Assembly (NCBI GenBank): GCA_017501105.1
Contig: JAFVXO010000106.1
Location: 1 to 45,527 of the forward strand
Origin: Clostridia bacterium
Lineage (GTDB): Bacteria; Bacillota; Clostridia; RGIG7378
Length of the DNA stretch: 45,527 nucleotides
Reading direction: 5' to 3'
A model generated the notes under the pieces. It did no database searches. It was not told the DNA's origin and saw only the letters and a list, made by a program, of their open reading frames with translations. Each line of letters begins with the position of its first letter. Positions within the stretch are counted from its first letter, which is position 1. A program made the position numbers and the translations under genes. Positions 9,059 to 17,709 of this stretch are shown here, piece by piece.

Positions 9059-10648
9059 ATGAAGAGATCGGTACGCAACACAATTATAATTATCACATCA
9101 GTTGTACTCGTTATAGCCTTATGCGTTGTTGGCGTTTTTCTGTACAACAGAGATATCATGGCCTCCAGCGAACACCGATACATTGCATATATCGATTCGT
9201 TTGACGACACCTCCGCCTCCTACAAAGGCATTACAGATGTTAACCTTATGGTACTCAAGGTGTCCTCTGATGGTTCCATCAGTTCAGCTGTACCCGGCAA
9301 GACTGTGGATCAGGTTATGGCCGCTGCAAAACAGTTTAAGCTGGACCATCCCAAGCTCCGCGTTAATCTCTGTGTTTTAGGTATCGCAGGATGGGAATCC
9401 TACGTTGAATCCTCTGCATACGTCTCAAGGATCAACAGCTTCGCCAACAAGCTCTTTTCTCTGACCCATACCGCAGGCCTGGACGGTATTGATCTCTATG
9501 TGGGCGGACCTACTTCTGTCAACTTTGCGAATATGTGCAAGGCTGTTAAGAATTTACTTGATGCCAAGACTACCGCTGCTGGTGAAAAGTACACCCTGTC
9601 GGTGTCTGTAGGCTCTGACGGAAACAGTCTGGAGCTTACCAGTTGCGGTACGCTTAAGTCATATGTAGATTACTTTAATGTCTGTTGCTTTGACTACGGA
9701 ACTCAGGCCACTGGACAGCTTATGTCCGCCACTCTTACCGCCTATCTGGACTACGGACTTTCCGCCGACGACATGAACCTAATACTCTCTGCATCTGAAG
9801 CCAACGCCGAGCTGGCTGCGGATATTAGTTCTGTAGCATATGCAGATGGCCTGGGTGGATTGGGTGTTGTAGGTTATTCCTCCGACACCAACGTAAGCCA
9901 GATGACTTCTATCATGATTTACGTATTTGAAAATGGCATAAACATTATCGTCAAGGGCGATATGGCCGCCTTCCCCATGTATGATCTGGGCGAATACGAT
10001 CGAGATATGATTATTGCCGTATGCACTATTGGCGACGATATTATTCCTATTACACTTTCCCGCTTCGACTCCGAGGACAACAACCTGTACTATCACGTAA
10101 TGTACAATGAGGGATTCTTCTCCGCATACTACGTAAACGTCAGCTTTGGCGATATTATGGGTACTGCCCACTGCGACGACATTCAATTCTGCTGTGCCAG
10201 GGGCTTGTTTGATCTTGCCGGAGACGGCTTCTTCTATCCTGATGAGGCCATAACTAACCGCGAGGTGCTGGCTGCCATGTGCCGTATTACCGGAGAGGCA
10301 TATGATCTGGATTTGGATGTATCATATCTGCCTGTTACTGATTCCTCTGAGGGCGGCTCAGATGCAACACCCACTCCCAAGGTTGATCTGGACGCATATT
10401 ACGAGGCATTTGTGGATTGGGCTGTGAATAAGGGGCTCATCACCTCCACTGACAGCATCACAACCAATCCCGACTCACATGCTACGTATGACAACATGAC
10501 CAAGCTTATGAGTTCCCTTGCCGACTACATGGGCAACGACGACTACTCTCCTGCAGATTACGAGTTGGACGATAATGCCAACCACAACGTTTCCCGAGGC
10601 CTGGCTGCAGAGATATTCAGAGACTACATCGAGTCATTCTTCAACTGA
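9059..10648 (+). CDS. Membrane-anchored GH18-like (probably non-catalytic) protein with C-terminal SLH-like repeats
   Basis: The 529-aa ORF has an N-terminal TM. AGLDGIDLYVGG sits where GH18 enzymes carry DGxDxDxE, so the third Asp and the catalytic Glu are missing. The C-terminus has two SLH-like segments: ARGLFDLAGDGFFYPDEAITNREVLAAMCRI and FVDWAVNKGLI. Confidence 0.55.
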   Translation: MKRSVRNTIIIITSVVLVIALCVVGVFLYNRDIMASSEHRYIAYIDSFDDTSASYKGITDVNLMVLKVSSDGSISSAVPGKTVDQVMAAAKQFKLDHPKLRVNLCVLGIAGWESYVESSAYVSRINSFANKLFSLTHTAGLDGIDLYVGGPTSVNFANMCKAVKNLLDAKTTAAGEKYTLSVSVGSDGNSLELTSCGTLKSYVDYFNVCCFDYGTQATGQLMSATLTAYLDYGLSADDMNLILSASEANAELAADISSVAYADGLGGLGVVGYSSDTNVSQMTSIMIYVFENGINIIVKGDMAAFPMYDLGEYDRDMIIAVCTIGDDIIPITLSRFDSEDNNLYYHVMYNEGFFSAYYVNVSFGDIMGTAHCDDIQFCCARGLFDLAGDGFFYPDEAITNREVLAAMCRITGEAYDLDLDVSYLPVTDSSEGGSDATPTPKVDLDAYYEAFVDWAVNKGLITSTDSITTNPDSHATYDNMTKLMSSLADYMGNDDYSPADYELDDNANHNVSRGLAAEIFRDYIESFFN

Positions 10649-10679
10649 TATTTTGGATTAGGTTTTACTAAAACGAAAA

Positions 10680-10712
10680 GCGGTAGCGCCTCAGGGCCTA
10701 CCGCCTATTTTT
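10680..10712 (+). terminator. Rho-independent terminator after the glgA / GH18-like pair
   Basis: The GCGGTAG..CTACCGC stem, with an inner GCC/GGC extension, is followed by CTATTTTT. It overlaps the stop of the convergent phosphatase gene. Confidence 0.75.
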
Positions 10713-11325
10713 ATCTGCCATAACAGACCAGGTGCCAGCGTCCATCGTACACTGCATGGGTGATTGAACACTGTTTTACAGGAGCCCTACCCCTGAACAG
10801 TTTAACAGGCAAATCCTCTATTACCGTCCAAAAACTATGTAGCAACACGGAATGGGACACTGCAGCAATATTTACATCGGGTTCATCCCTGCCTGCATAG
10901 TCACTGTATCGGCCAGCAATATAGTTCAGGAAGTCCTGAGTCCTCTCCATAACCTGGGGGTATGTCTCACCATTGCCCAAGGGAACATAGTTCTCAGGGT
11001 GCACCCATAGGGCATCGGCCAACTCCGGCATTTCAATCTTGACAGTTGGCATATGGGCTCCATCCAAATCGCCAAAATCCATCTCTGCCAACCTGTCATC
11101 CACAGTTATAGGGTATCTGTCTCCAAAGGCTATTTCTGCAGTGCGCTGTGCTCGCATCATAGGGCTGGCATAAACCTGCGCAAACTCTATGTCTGCCATT
11201 TTGTCGTGCAGTTCCTGTGCCAGCTGATAGCCCCTCTCTGTAATAGGCGAATCTCCTCTACCCTGCATCTTTTTGAGAGTGTTCCATTCAGTCTCCGTGT
11301 GACGCATTATATACAGGTGAATCAT
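10711..11325 (-). CDS. Histidine phosphatase (phosphoglycerate mutase) family protein
   Basis: The 204-aa ORF has the N-terminal LYIMRHTETEWN (RHG-type motif) and a downstream VSHS catalytic-His region. It overlaps the pepD stop by 4 nt. Confidence 0.8.
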   Translation of the reverse strand: MIHLYIMRHTETEWNTLKKMQGRGDSPITERGYQLAQELHDKMADIEFAQVYASPMMRAQRTAEIAFGDRYPITVDDRLAEMDFGDLDGAHMPTVKIEMPELADALWVHPENYVPLGNGETYPQVMERTQDFLNYIAGRYSDYAGRDEPDVNIAAVSHSVLLHSFWTVIEDLPVKLFRGRAPVKQCSITHAVYDGRWHLVCYGR

Positions 11326-12785
11326 AGTCTGGACAGAACCTCCAGTATAAGTTTATATGTTCTGGCGAATGAGGCGGCATCCATAGTTTCGTCAGGTGTG
11401 TGTACGTTAGTCAGCTGAGGACCCATGGCCACCGGATCCATTCCGGGCAATCTCTCACAGAACAGGCCACATTCCAGGCCGGCATGTATTGCCTCTGCCC
11501 ACATTTCTGTTTCGAACATATCCTTATATGTGGCACAAATAATGTCCCTAAGCTGGGAATTGGGGTTATAGGCCCATCCGGGATATTGCTCTCTGAATGC
11601 CACATCCATACCAAGGATTCCAGCCATCTCTGCCAATACTGCCTTGGCATTCTCCAACTGAGAAAGTACGGAACTGCGCAGCGAGCAGGTACACTTGACA
11701 GCATTGCAATCTGCATTTACAACGCCCAGGTTTGATGATGTAATTACAAAGTCGTTGAGGCTCGGATTTCTCATCATAGGGCCGTTGGGCACCATGTACA
11801 TAAACCGAATTAGGTTCTGAGCAACCTGCTGTTTGAGGACCTTTTTGTTCGCCTGAAGGCCAACATCGGCTGTCACCACGACTCCGCCATCGGTCTCTGC
11901 CAGTTCCTGAGCAACCTGGTCGCCAACTGCTGTAACTACCTGCTGTGCCTTGGCTGCACATGTCTCACAGGGGAGCAACAACTCTGCAATACATTCCCTG
12001 GTAATTGCGTTATCCTTGGATCCTCCGTGTACAGAAACCAGTCTCATACCTGGCACCGCCTGAGCTACTCCGTGGAGGACTCTGCCCATAATCTTGTTGG
12101 CATTGCCTCGCTCCAGATGTATATCTGCTCCGGAATGTCCACCCTTAAGTCCTGCGACAGTAATAGCAACAGGGATACCGGAAATCTCTGCGTCATCCAC
12201 CTGGCCATCAAAGGTCACATCTGCTCTGACACCGCCAGCACAGCTAACAGTCAGAACGCCCTCCTCCTCGGAGTCCAGGTTAATCATGCGGCGAGCCTTC
12301 AACAGAGTGGTATCTACTGTCTTAGCGCCTGTCAAACCCGTCTCCTCCTGCACGGTAAATACGCATTCCAAATCGGGATGAACTGCGGATGTATCGTCCA
12401 ACACAGCCAGCATTATGGCTACTGCAGCTCCATTATCTGCACCCAGAGTTGTGCCCACAGCTGAAATTATGCCCTGATCGTCTATAGTGATAATAGGTCC
12501 GTATTTGTCCCAATCGTGGTCATATCCTGGAGCGGTTTCGTTCACCATGTCCAGATGGCCCTGGAGCATGATTGGCTTGCTCAATTCCTTGCCGGGAGTG
12601 GCTGGTTTCTTGACAATTACATTGTGATATTGGTCTGTATATGCCTCCAGGCCTCTGGCCTTGGCAAAATCCAATATGTACTGCGCACAGGCAGCCTCAT
12701 TGGATGAACCACGGGGAATGGCTGTAATATCCTCAAAGAAGTTGAATAATTTGGCGGGCTCGTAGCCGGTAATAACGTATGCCAT
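11322..12785 (-). CDS. pepD: Aminoacyl-histidine dipeptidase (M20 family, PepD-like)
   Basis: FFEDITAIPRGSSNE, HLDMV and the length are typical of PepD. I moved the start to ATG 12785 (MAYVITG), which has GGAGG 5 nt upstream. Confidence 0.8.
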   Translation of the reverse strand: MAYVITGYEPAKLFNFFEDITAIPRGSSNEAACAQYILDFAKARGLEAYTDQYHNVIVKKPATPGKELSKPIMLQGHLDMVNETAPGYDHDWDKYGPIITIDDQGIISAVGTTLGADNGAAVAIMLAVLDDTSAVHPDLECVFTVQEETGLTGAKTVDTTLLKARRMINLDSEEEGVLTVSCAGGVRADVTFDGQVDDAEISGIPVAITVAGLKGGHSGADIHLERGNANKIMGRVLHGVAQAVPGMRLVSVHGGSKDNAITRECIAELLLPCETCAAKAQQVVTAVGDQVAQELAETDGGVVVTADVGLQANKKVLKQQVAQNLIRFMYMVPNGPMMRNPSLNDFVITSSNLGVVNADCNAVKCTCSLRSSVLSQLENAKAVLAEMAGILGMDVAFREQYPGWAYNPNSQLRDIICATYKDMFETEMWAEAIHAGLECGLFCERLPGMDPVAMGPQLTNVHTPDETMDAASFARTYKLILEVLSRL

Positions 12786-12872
12786 ATTTGCCTCCATAAA
12801 AACAAGTGGAACCATATAGATTCCACCTGTTATGTTACCATTATTTATCCCTGATGTACAGGAAGGTAGAGG

Positions 12873-14972
12873 TCAGTACATGCTGTTCCGCTGCGCCCGG
12901 AGTTCCTGCAGGTCCAGGTACAGCTGATTAAGCTCCTCTGTGCTCTGAATCCAGATAGTGTCTATGGTGTATTCATCCATCAAATAGTCGAACCCGGATA
13001 TAGATACAGAGACAACTATATTATCCTTGGAAACATCTGCCTTTTGGAGGTTTGTGTTCAGCAGGAGATTTGCAGCATAGGCGATTGTCTCAATATCCTC
13101 CGGTGCATATGTTGTAGACTCATCGTAATACTTATCATCATAGTAGTACTCTTCCTCATAATTGTTATAGTGCATATTTTCCAGCGTAGTTATTTCCTTG
13201 CCAGAGATCTCATACCAGGTAATATTGAGTCTTTTATACTTTTCAGTTGTGCCGTCAAGATAACCCTTTAGTAACTTGTCTATATCAGCCTTATCCTTCT
13301 CGTATGACATGTCCATAAACTTCTGTGTAGTCTTGGGAACATACATATCCAGATTGTAAGTATCGCCAAAGGCCTCTGTATCCAAATATCCCCGAACAGA
13401 CAAGTATTCAAACGTATCGTATCTATAACGCCCAAAATACTCCAATCGTTCCTCATCTGTCATGCTCTCCAACTCATTTAAGAATACTGGGAGCAGAGAC
13501 TCCATCAGCTCATCCGAATCAAATCTGCCGACTACCAGGCTCTTTATTTCATCTGCAGAAGGGTAGGCAGATGTAGCCTCTTGGTAAGCAGTGTCTGCCA
13601 GAAGGTACTTTTTATACTCATCCATCTGGGCAGAAATGTTAATCTGTCTGGTGATGGTCCTGCCATTTTCCAGCACAAATTCCACAACAAGATCGGAATA
13701 ACCAGTATGTGCTCCGTCCTTAATGGACTTAACATCTCTCCTGAGAACCTTAACTGTTACGTCAATAAGATCGCTATTAGTTAGCAGTGCTCTCTCCTGC
13801 AACAACTGGTTATAGGTAGGTGTACCCAAATACATATCGCTAAATATTCCCGATGTATCCGATACACGAATGCCCTTTACCTGGTCCTTTTCAGGAATAT
13901 TATTCATACTGGATACTGCCAGTGCCCTGGTGCCAATAGAAACACCAACACATGCCACGAACAACAGGACAAAGGCAGGCAATGCCTTAAAGGCCTTCTT
14001 AAAGTTTTTGATTGTCATCATCTCATATACCATGTAGATGATGAAATCTAATACGGCCAAAACGACAATTAGTGAAAATGTGTCATAATCCCAATTGTTT
14101 GTATCCACGATTGTGTTGGTTGCCAACAGGGCCAGAGGTGTGGCCAATGCAATGGCATAAACTCTGTGAAGCTTTTTGCTGGGAGCTGCCTTGTCGGCGG
14201 TCTCACTGCGCCTGCGGACAAATGCCCAGAGGCCCAATGCTGCATATATAACGCTCAATACAATGGAGTAAAGGATGCCAGGCCAGAAGGTCATTATATC
14301 CTCTCCCATCTCCAGCAATCCAATTGGCGCAAAGGCCAAATTGTACCTGAAACTAAAGAGCATTCCCATGGAGGATGTAACTAGAACTGGTGCAACGTTC
14401 TCCATGAAGGCAGCGAGAATAAACAGAATACACCTAGGAAAATAGACAATAAGCAAAGTGGCAACTGCGTTAGATAACTTAGTTCCCGTGATGGACATGG
14501 CCAATGCGACACCGCCTGTAATTACCATGGAGGCTGCGGTGCTAAACAAAATGATGTAGAAGTAGGACATCATATTGATTGGCAGCTGCCAGATCAGCCT
14601 GCCGAGCAGTGATACGATGCATGTGGACAGAATACCGCCAAATGTCATTGTCATAACTGCCGCAATTCTCGAAATGTACAGAGACTGTCTGGTATTGGGA
14701 AGGCTATGGTAAAAGTCACTATCGCTCCTGCTATTTAAAAAGCCAAAGGACATAATCGTAAATACCAAGGGGGCAATGTACATAAATCCCCAAAGTCCAG
14801 GGGCGAACTCCATAATAGAAGGTAACCTCTCCCCATATCCTCCATCAATTGCGATGATAAAGTCCGTTGTTGCAGTAATAACACAGATAATTCCTGTGAT
14901 GATCCATGCCGGCAATCTGAGCTGCCTCATGGTCTCTATATACAGTTTTAAGCTAAAAAACTTGTTCTTCAT
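12873..14972 (-). CDS. Large ABC-2-type permease-like membrane protein with a roughly 340-aa C-terminal soluble domain
   Basis: The 699-aa ORF has many TM segments in its N-terminal half and a hydrophilic Tyr/Asp/Glu-rich C-terminal half. It has an AAGGAGG RBS and lies directly downstream of the ABC ATPase. Confidence 0.6.
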   Translation of the reverse strand: MKNKFFSLKLYIETMRQLRLPAWIITGIICVITATTDFIIAIDGGYGERLPSIMEFAPGLWGFMYIAPLVFTIMSFGFLNSRSDSDFYHSLPNTRQSLYISRIAAVMTMTFGGILSTCIVSLLGRLIWQLPINMMSYFYIILFSTAASMVITGGVALAMSITGTKLSNAVATLLIVYFPRCILFILAAFMENVAPVLVTSSMGMLFSFRYNLAFAPIGLLEMGEDIMTFWPGILYSIVLSVIYAALGLWAFVRRRSETADKAAPSKKLHRVYAIALATPLALLATNTIVDTNNWDYDTFSLIVVLAVLDFIIYMVYEMMTIKNFKKAFKALPAFVLLFVACVGVSIGTRALAVSSMNNIPEKDQVKGIRVSDTSGIFSDMYLGTPTYNQLLQERALLTNSDLIDVTVKVLRRDVKSIKDGAHTGYSDLVVEFVLENGRTITRQINISAQMDEYKKYLLADTAYQEATSAYPSADEIKSLVVGRFDSDELMESLLPVFLNELESMTDEERLEYFGRYRYDTFEYLSVRGYLDTEAFGDTYNLDMYVPKTTQKFMDMSYEKDKADIDKLLKGYLDGTTEKYKRLNITWYEISGKEITTLENMHYNNYEEEYYYDDKYYDESTTYAPEDIETIAYAANLLLNTNLQKADVSKDNIVVSVSISGFDYLMDEYTIDTIWIQSTEELNQLYLDLQELRAQRNSMY

Positions 14973-14983
14973 GAGTTACCTCC

Positions 14984-15895
14984 TTAAGTCAGCACTTCGT
15001 CGAAGGAGTAGCCCAGGGCCTCCATCTCGTATACAAACACCTCTTCCAATGACAGGGGCAATATCTCAAACAGCACCGGATTCATGGCATCAAAGAGAGT
15101 CTTGGTCTCTTCTCTATCACCCTTAATGATGATATTGGCTACACTGCCTCTCTGAGTGTAATTCAGCATGTCTATGCTAGTGAACTTGGACTTGTCGTAG
15201 GGTTCTGCAAATGCCACCTGAACCTTAAAGAGGGATGTCTTAAGGTTCTGAATGTCACTCTCAAACACAATGCCTCCCTTGTGGAGCAATGCCAGCTGAT
15301 CGCAGGTGTCCTCCAGCTCTCTCAGTGAGTGACTGGTGATAATGGCAGTGGCGCCCCTATCCTCTACCTGTGCGTAAATGAGCCTTTTGACCAGGTTGCG
15401 CATAACTGGGTCTAATCCGTCAAAAGTCTCATCCAGGAAGATATACTTGGTATTGCATGAGAGGGCCAAAATGGTAGCCGCCTGACGCCTCATGCCCTTA
15501 GAGAATGTATTGATATTTGCCTTAGGATTCAGGCCGAACGCCTTGGTGTACTCGTTGAACTTATCCATATCAAAGTGAGAAAAGTTAGCCTCGTACAGCT
15601 TTGCCATGCGTTCCATATTTGACTGGGGCAAAAAGAACAGCTCATCCGGCACAAAGGCAATGTCATCCTTTAGCTCAGTGTTTTCGTAAATCGGCTGGCC
15701 ATCGTACTCAATGGTACCAGCGTCTGCCTTGTAGATACCTGTTAGTAATCGAAGCAATGTGGACTTGCCTGCTCCGTTGGAACCCACCATGCCATACACA
15801 GATCCATCTGGAATAGTGCAGTTAAGGTGGGATAAAGCCTCAAATTTATCAAATGTCTTGACTACATCTGTACATTTAATCATGTGACACACCAT
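14984..15895 (-). CDS. ABC transporter ATP-binding protein
   Basis: It carries Walker A (GSNGAGKST), an ABC-signature-region motif (FSKGMRRQ) and Walker B (IFLDETFDGLD). The start is ambiguous: ATG 15895 has GAGGA 5 nt upstream, and ATG 15883 (MIKCTDV) is the alternative. Either start overlaps the end of the GntR gene. Confidence 0.88.
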   Translation of the reverse strand: MVCHMIKCTDVVKTFDKFEALSHLNCTIPDGSVYGMVGSNGAGKSTLLRLLTGIYKADAGTIEYDGQPIYENTELKDDIAFVPDELFFLPQSNMERMAKLYEANFSHFDMDKFNEYTKAFGLNPKANINTFSKGMRRQAATILALSCNTKYIFLDETFDGLDPVMRNLVKRLIYAQVEDRGATAIITSHSLRELEDTCDQLALLHKGGIVFESDIQNLKTSLFKVQVAFAEPYDKSKFTSIDMLNYTQRGSVANIIIKGDREETKTLFDAMNPVLFEILPLSLEEVFVYEMEALGYSFDEVLT

Positions 15896-16274
15896 CCTTT
15901 CCTCTGGTCTGATTGTTATATGCTCTAACAACCACGTCCATTACCGTGTCCTTGTCTATTCCTGCCATTGCCAATTCACCAACCAGGGCTTCCAGCTGAT
16001 TGAGGCCCTGTCTGCGACTATTTTGAATAGCAGTCTCAGCATCCTCGCTGACAAACCTGCCATTGCCTGGAGAGCTAAAGCATATGCCTCGTCGATCCAA
16101 CTCTGCGTATGCCTTTTGCAAGGTGTTGGGATTAACCGAAATCTCCATGGACAACTGTCTGACAGATGGCAATGGGTCCCCAGGCTTAAGTACGCCCTGG
16201 AGGATCATCTTCTCCACCTGGTCAATCATCTGCTCGTAAATAGGTTGTCGAGACAACTTATCTAGAATAAACAC
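15876..16274 (-). CDS. GntR-family (YtrA-like, short) transcriptional regulator
   Basis: The 132-aa ORF contains PIYEQ...PGDPLPSVRQLSMEISVNPNTLQKAYAELDRRG, a GntR winged HTH. It starts at GTG 16274 with a GAGGAGGTG RBS. Confidence 0.88.
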   Translation of the reverse strand: MFILDKLSRQPIYEQMIDQVEKMILQGVLKPGDPLPSVRQLSMEISVNPNTLQKAYAELDRRGICFSSPGNGRFVSEDAETAIQNSRRQGLNQLEALVGELAMAGIDKDTVMDVVVRAYNNQTRGKDGVSHD

Positions 16275-16297
16275 GAATTCACCTCCTCATGTCTTAT

Positions 16298-16332
16298 AGG
16301 TGTACTATATCAGATAGTACACCTCGTTGCAA
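16298..16332 (-). promoter_or_regulatory. Promoter plus palindromic operator of the GntR-ABC operon (probable autoregulation)
   Basis: The minus strand reads TTGCAA(16332-16327)-N17-TATAGT(16309-16304). A perfect 11-bp inverted repeat, AGGTGTACTAT-N5-ATAGTACACCT (16298-16324), covers the spacer and the -10. It contains the GT..AC core typical of GntR/YtrA operators. Confidence 0.65.
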
Positions 16333-16349
16333 CTATTTTTTATTACGAA

Positions 16350-16378
16350 AAAACGAGACAGTCCTGCCGTCTCGTTTT
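16350..16378 (-). terminator. Rho-independent terminator after the NYN gene
   Basis: AAAACGAGAC-N9-GTCTCGTTTT forms a stem flanked by A and T runs. It lies 40 nt below the stop at 16419. Confidence 0.75.
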
Positions 16379-16418
16379 CGAATCAAACATAAGTTGTGTA
16401 GATCTTTAAAACCTATAG

Positions 16419-17246
16419 TCACCTTCTGGATCCAGCATCCTGCTTCTTGCCGGACATCTTCTGCTTAAAGGCCGTTCTGCTGGCAGCATCCCAAATATCT
16501 GCCTCAACCAGCGCCTTCCAGTCTGTAACCAGTGCTGTAATGTGTTTGTGGAAGCCTACAGACTTTTCCTGCTTAGTGATATATCCAGCGGAAATAAGTC
16601 TGTCCATAGCGTCGCGAACCGTCTCTTCAGGGACGTTGTACTGCTCCACTACGTAGTTGGTTACTCTCATGTATGTAGGATATAGTTTCTTGCCCTGGTC
16701 TCCCTCGTATGATAAGACTCCCTCTAAAATCATATGGTAATAGGGTCTGATCAATTCGTCCTCGGTGGGAATCTCTACGTACCAGTCTGCCACATCACGA
16801 AGCTGCTTGCTGAAACAATCTCTGACTGCATATACTCCAACCTCTTTCTTGCAGCAGTTTCTAAGGAATGCACATACAGATGTGAAGTGGCCGTCTCCTG
16901 TGAAAATAATAACCGTGTCAAAGGAGGATGAATTAAATGCCTTCTGATAAATGTAATCCAGCATGATGAAATCTGTAAAATCCTTCTTATAATGGCCGGA
17001 TGCATTCTTGGTCTCCACAATCTTGCTGGTAAACAGTCTGATACGCTGTATCTCGGACTCCATGTCGTACTTGGTAAAGTCTCCAAAAAATACTATTTCC
17101 TCTATGTCTACCCTCTTGTGCAGGTCGTCAACCCAACTCTTGATGTTTGTCTGTTGGTCAAATTTTGTTCGCATAGAAATGTACCAATGCTCATAGTCCA
17201 CAAAAATGACCGCTCTCTTGCGCTTCTTCTTAAATAATCCCATCAT
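16419..17246 (-). CDS. NYN (LabA/DUF88-like) domain protein with a C-terminal helical, possibly winged-helix domain
   Basis: The 275-aa ORF has VIFVDYEHW...FFGDF...TDFIMLDYI...VIIFTGDGHFTSV, matching the acidic-residue pattern of NYN/PIN-like nucleases. It has a GGAAAGGAGG RBS and its own promoter and terminator. Confidence 0.55.
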   Translation of the reverse strand: MMGLFKKKRKRAVIFVDYEHWYISMRTKFDQQTNIKSWVDDLHKRVDIEEIVFFGDFTKYDMESEIQRIRLFTSKIVETKNASGHYKKDFTDFIMLDYIYQKAFNSSSFDTVIIFTGDGHFTSVCAFLRNCCKKEVGVYAVRDCFSKQLRDVADWYVEIPTEDELIRPYYHMILEGVLSYEGDQGKKLYPTYMRVTNYVVEQYNVPEETVRDAMDRLISAGYITKQEKSVGFHKHITALVTDWKALVEADIWDAASRTAFKQKMSGKKQDAGSRR

Positions 17247-17291
17247 CTACCTCCTTTCCTCCATATTGATGTGCACTGCACACTTGCTTTC

Positions 17292-17320
17292 AGTATACCA
17301 TTTGGTGGGGTATTCTTCAA
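17292..17320 (-). promoter_or_regulatory. Sigma-A-type promoter (extended -10) for the NYN gene
   Basis: The minus strand reads TTGAAG(17320-17315)-N17-TATACT(17297-17292), with TGG immediately upstream of the -10. Confidence 0.5.
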
Positions 17321-17329
17321 ACAAACTAT

Positions 17330-17364
17330 AATAAAACAGAAGCACACTTCTTTAAGAAATGTGC
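17330..17364 (-). terminator. Probable terminator after the small membrane protein gene
   Basis: The minus strand reads GCACATTTC..GAAGTGTGC, a 9-bp stem with one mismatch, followed by UUCUGUUUUAUU. Confidence 0.45.
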
Positions 17365-17403
17365 CCTATCACTGGTTTATCATTGTAACTTGTTAATCTA
17401 ATA

Positions 17404-17697
17404 TTACATCTCTCCCTGATGTTGACTGGTCTTCTTTTTGTCGGAGGTCAGTGCCGTCTCTCCATTGAGATACATGGCAACAAGGCCCAACAATACCATG
17501 ATGGTAGAAATCTTGATAATGTATGGTGTGATTGTCTTATAGATAAAATTGCAAATTGCTGCAGCAGTCTCTCCTCCAACAATCATTGCTAACAGGTAGC
17601 CAAAAAATGTTAGACCACCGGCAAATAGACATACCAAAATGCCATAACCAAATATAGTCTTAAGTACAGCTGATATTTTCTTGCAGATTTCCTTCAT
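17404..17697 (-). CDS. Small (97-aa) three-TM membrane protein, unknown function
   Basis: It has three hydrophobic segments and a GGGAGG RBS. It lies 12 nt downstream of the DctM-like gene. Confidence 0.55.
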   Translation of the reverse strand: MKEICKKISAVLKTIFGYGILVCLFAGGLTFFGYLLAMIVGGETAAAICNFIYKTITPYIIKISTIMVLLGLVAMYLNGETALTSDKKKTSQHQGEM

Positions 17698-17709
17698 TGA
17701 GGCACCTCC

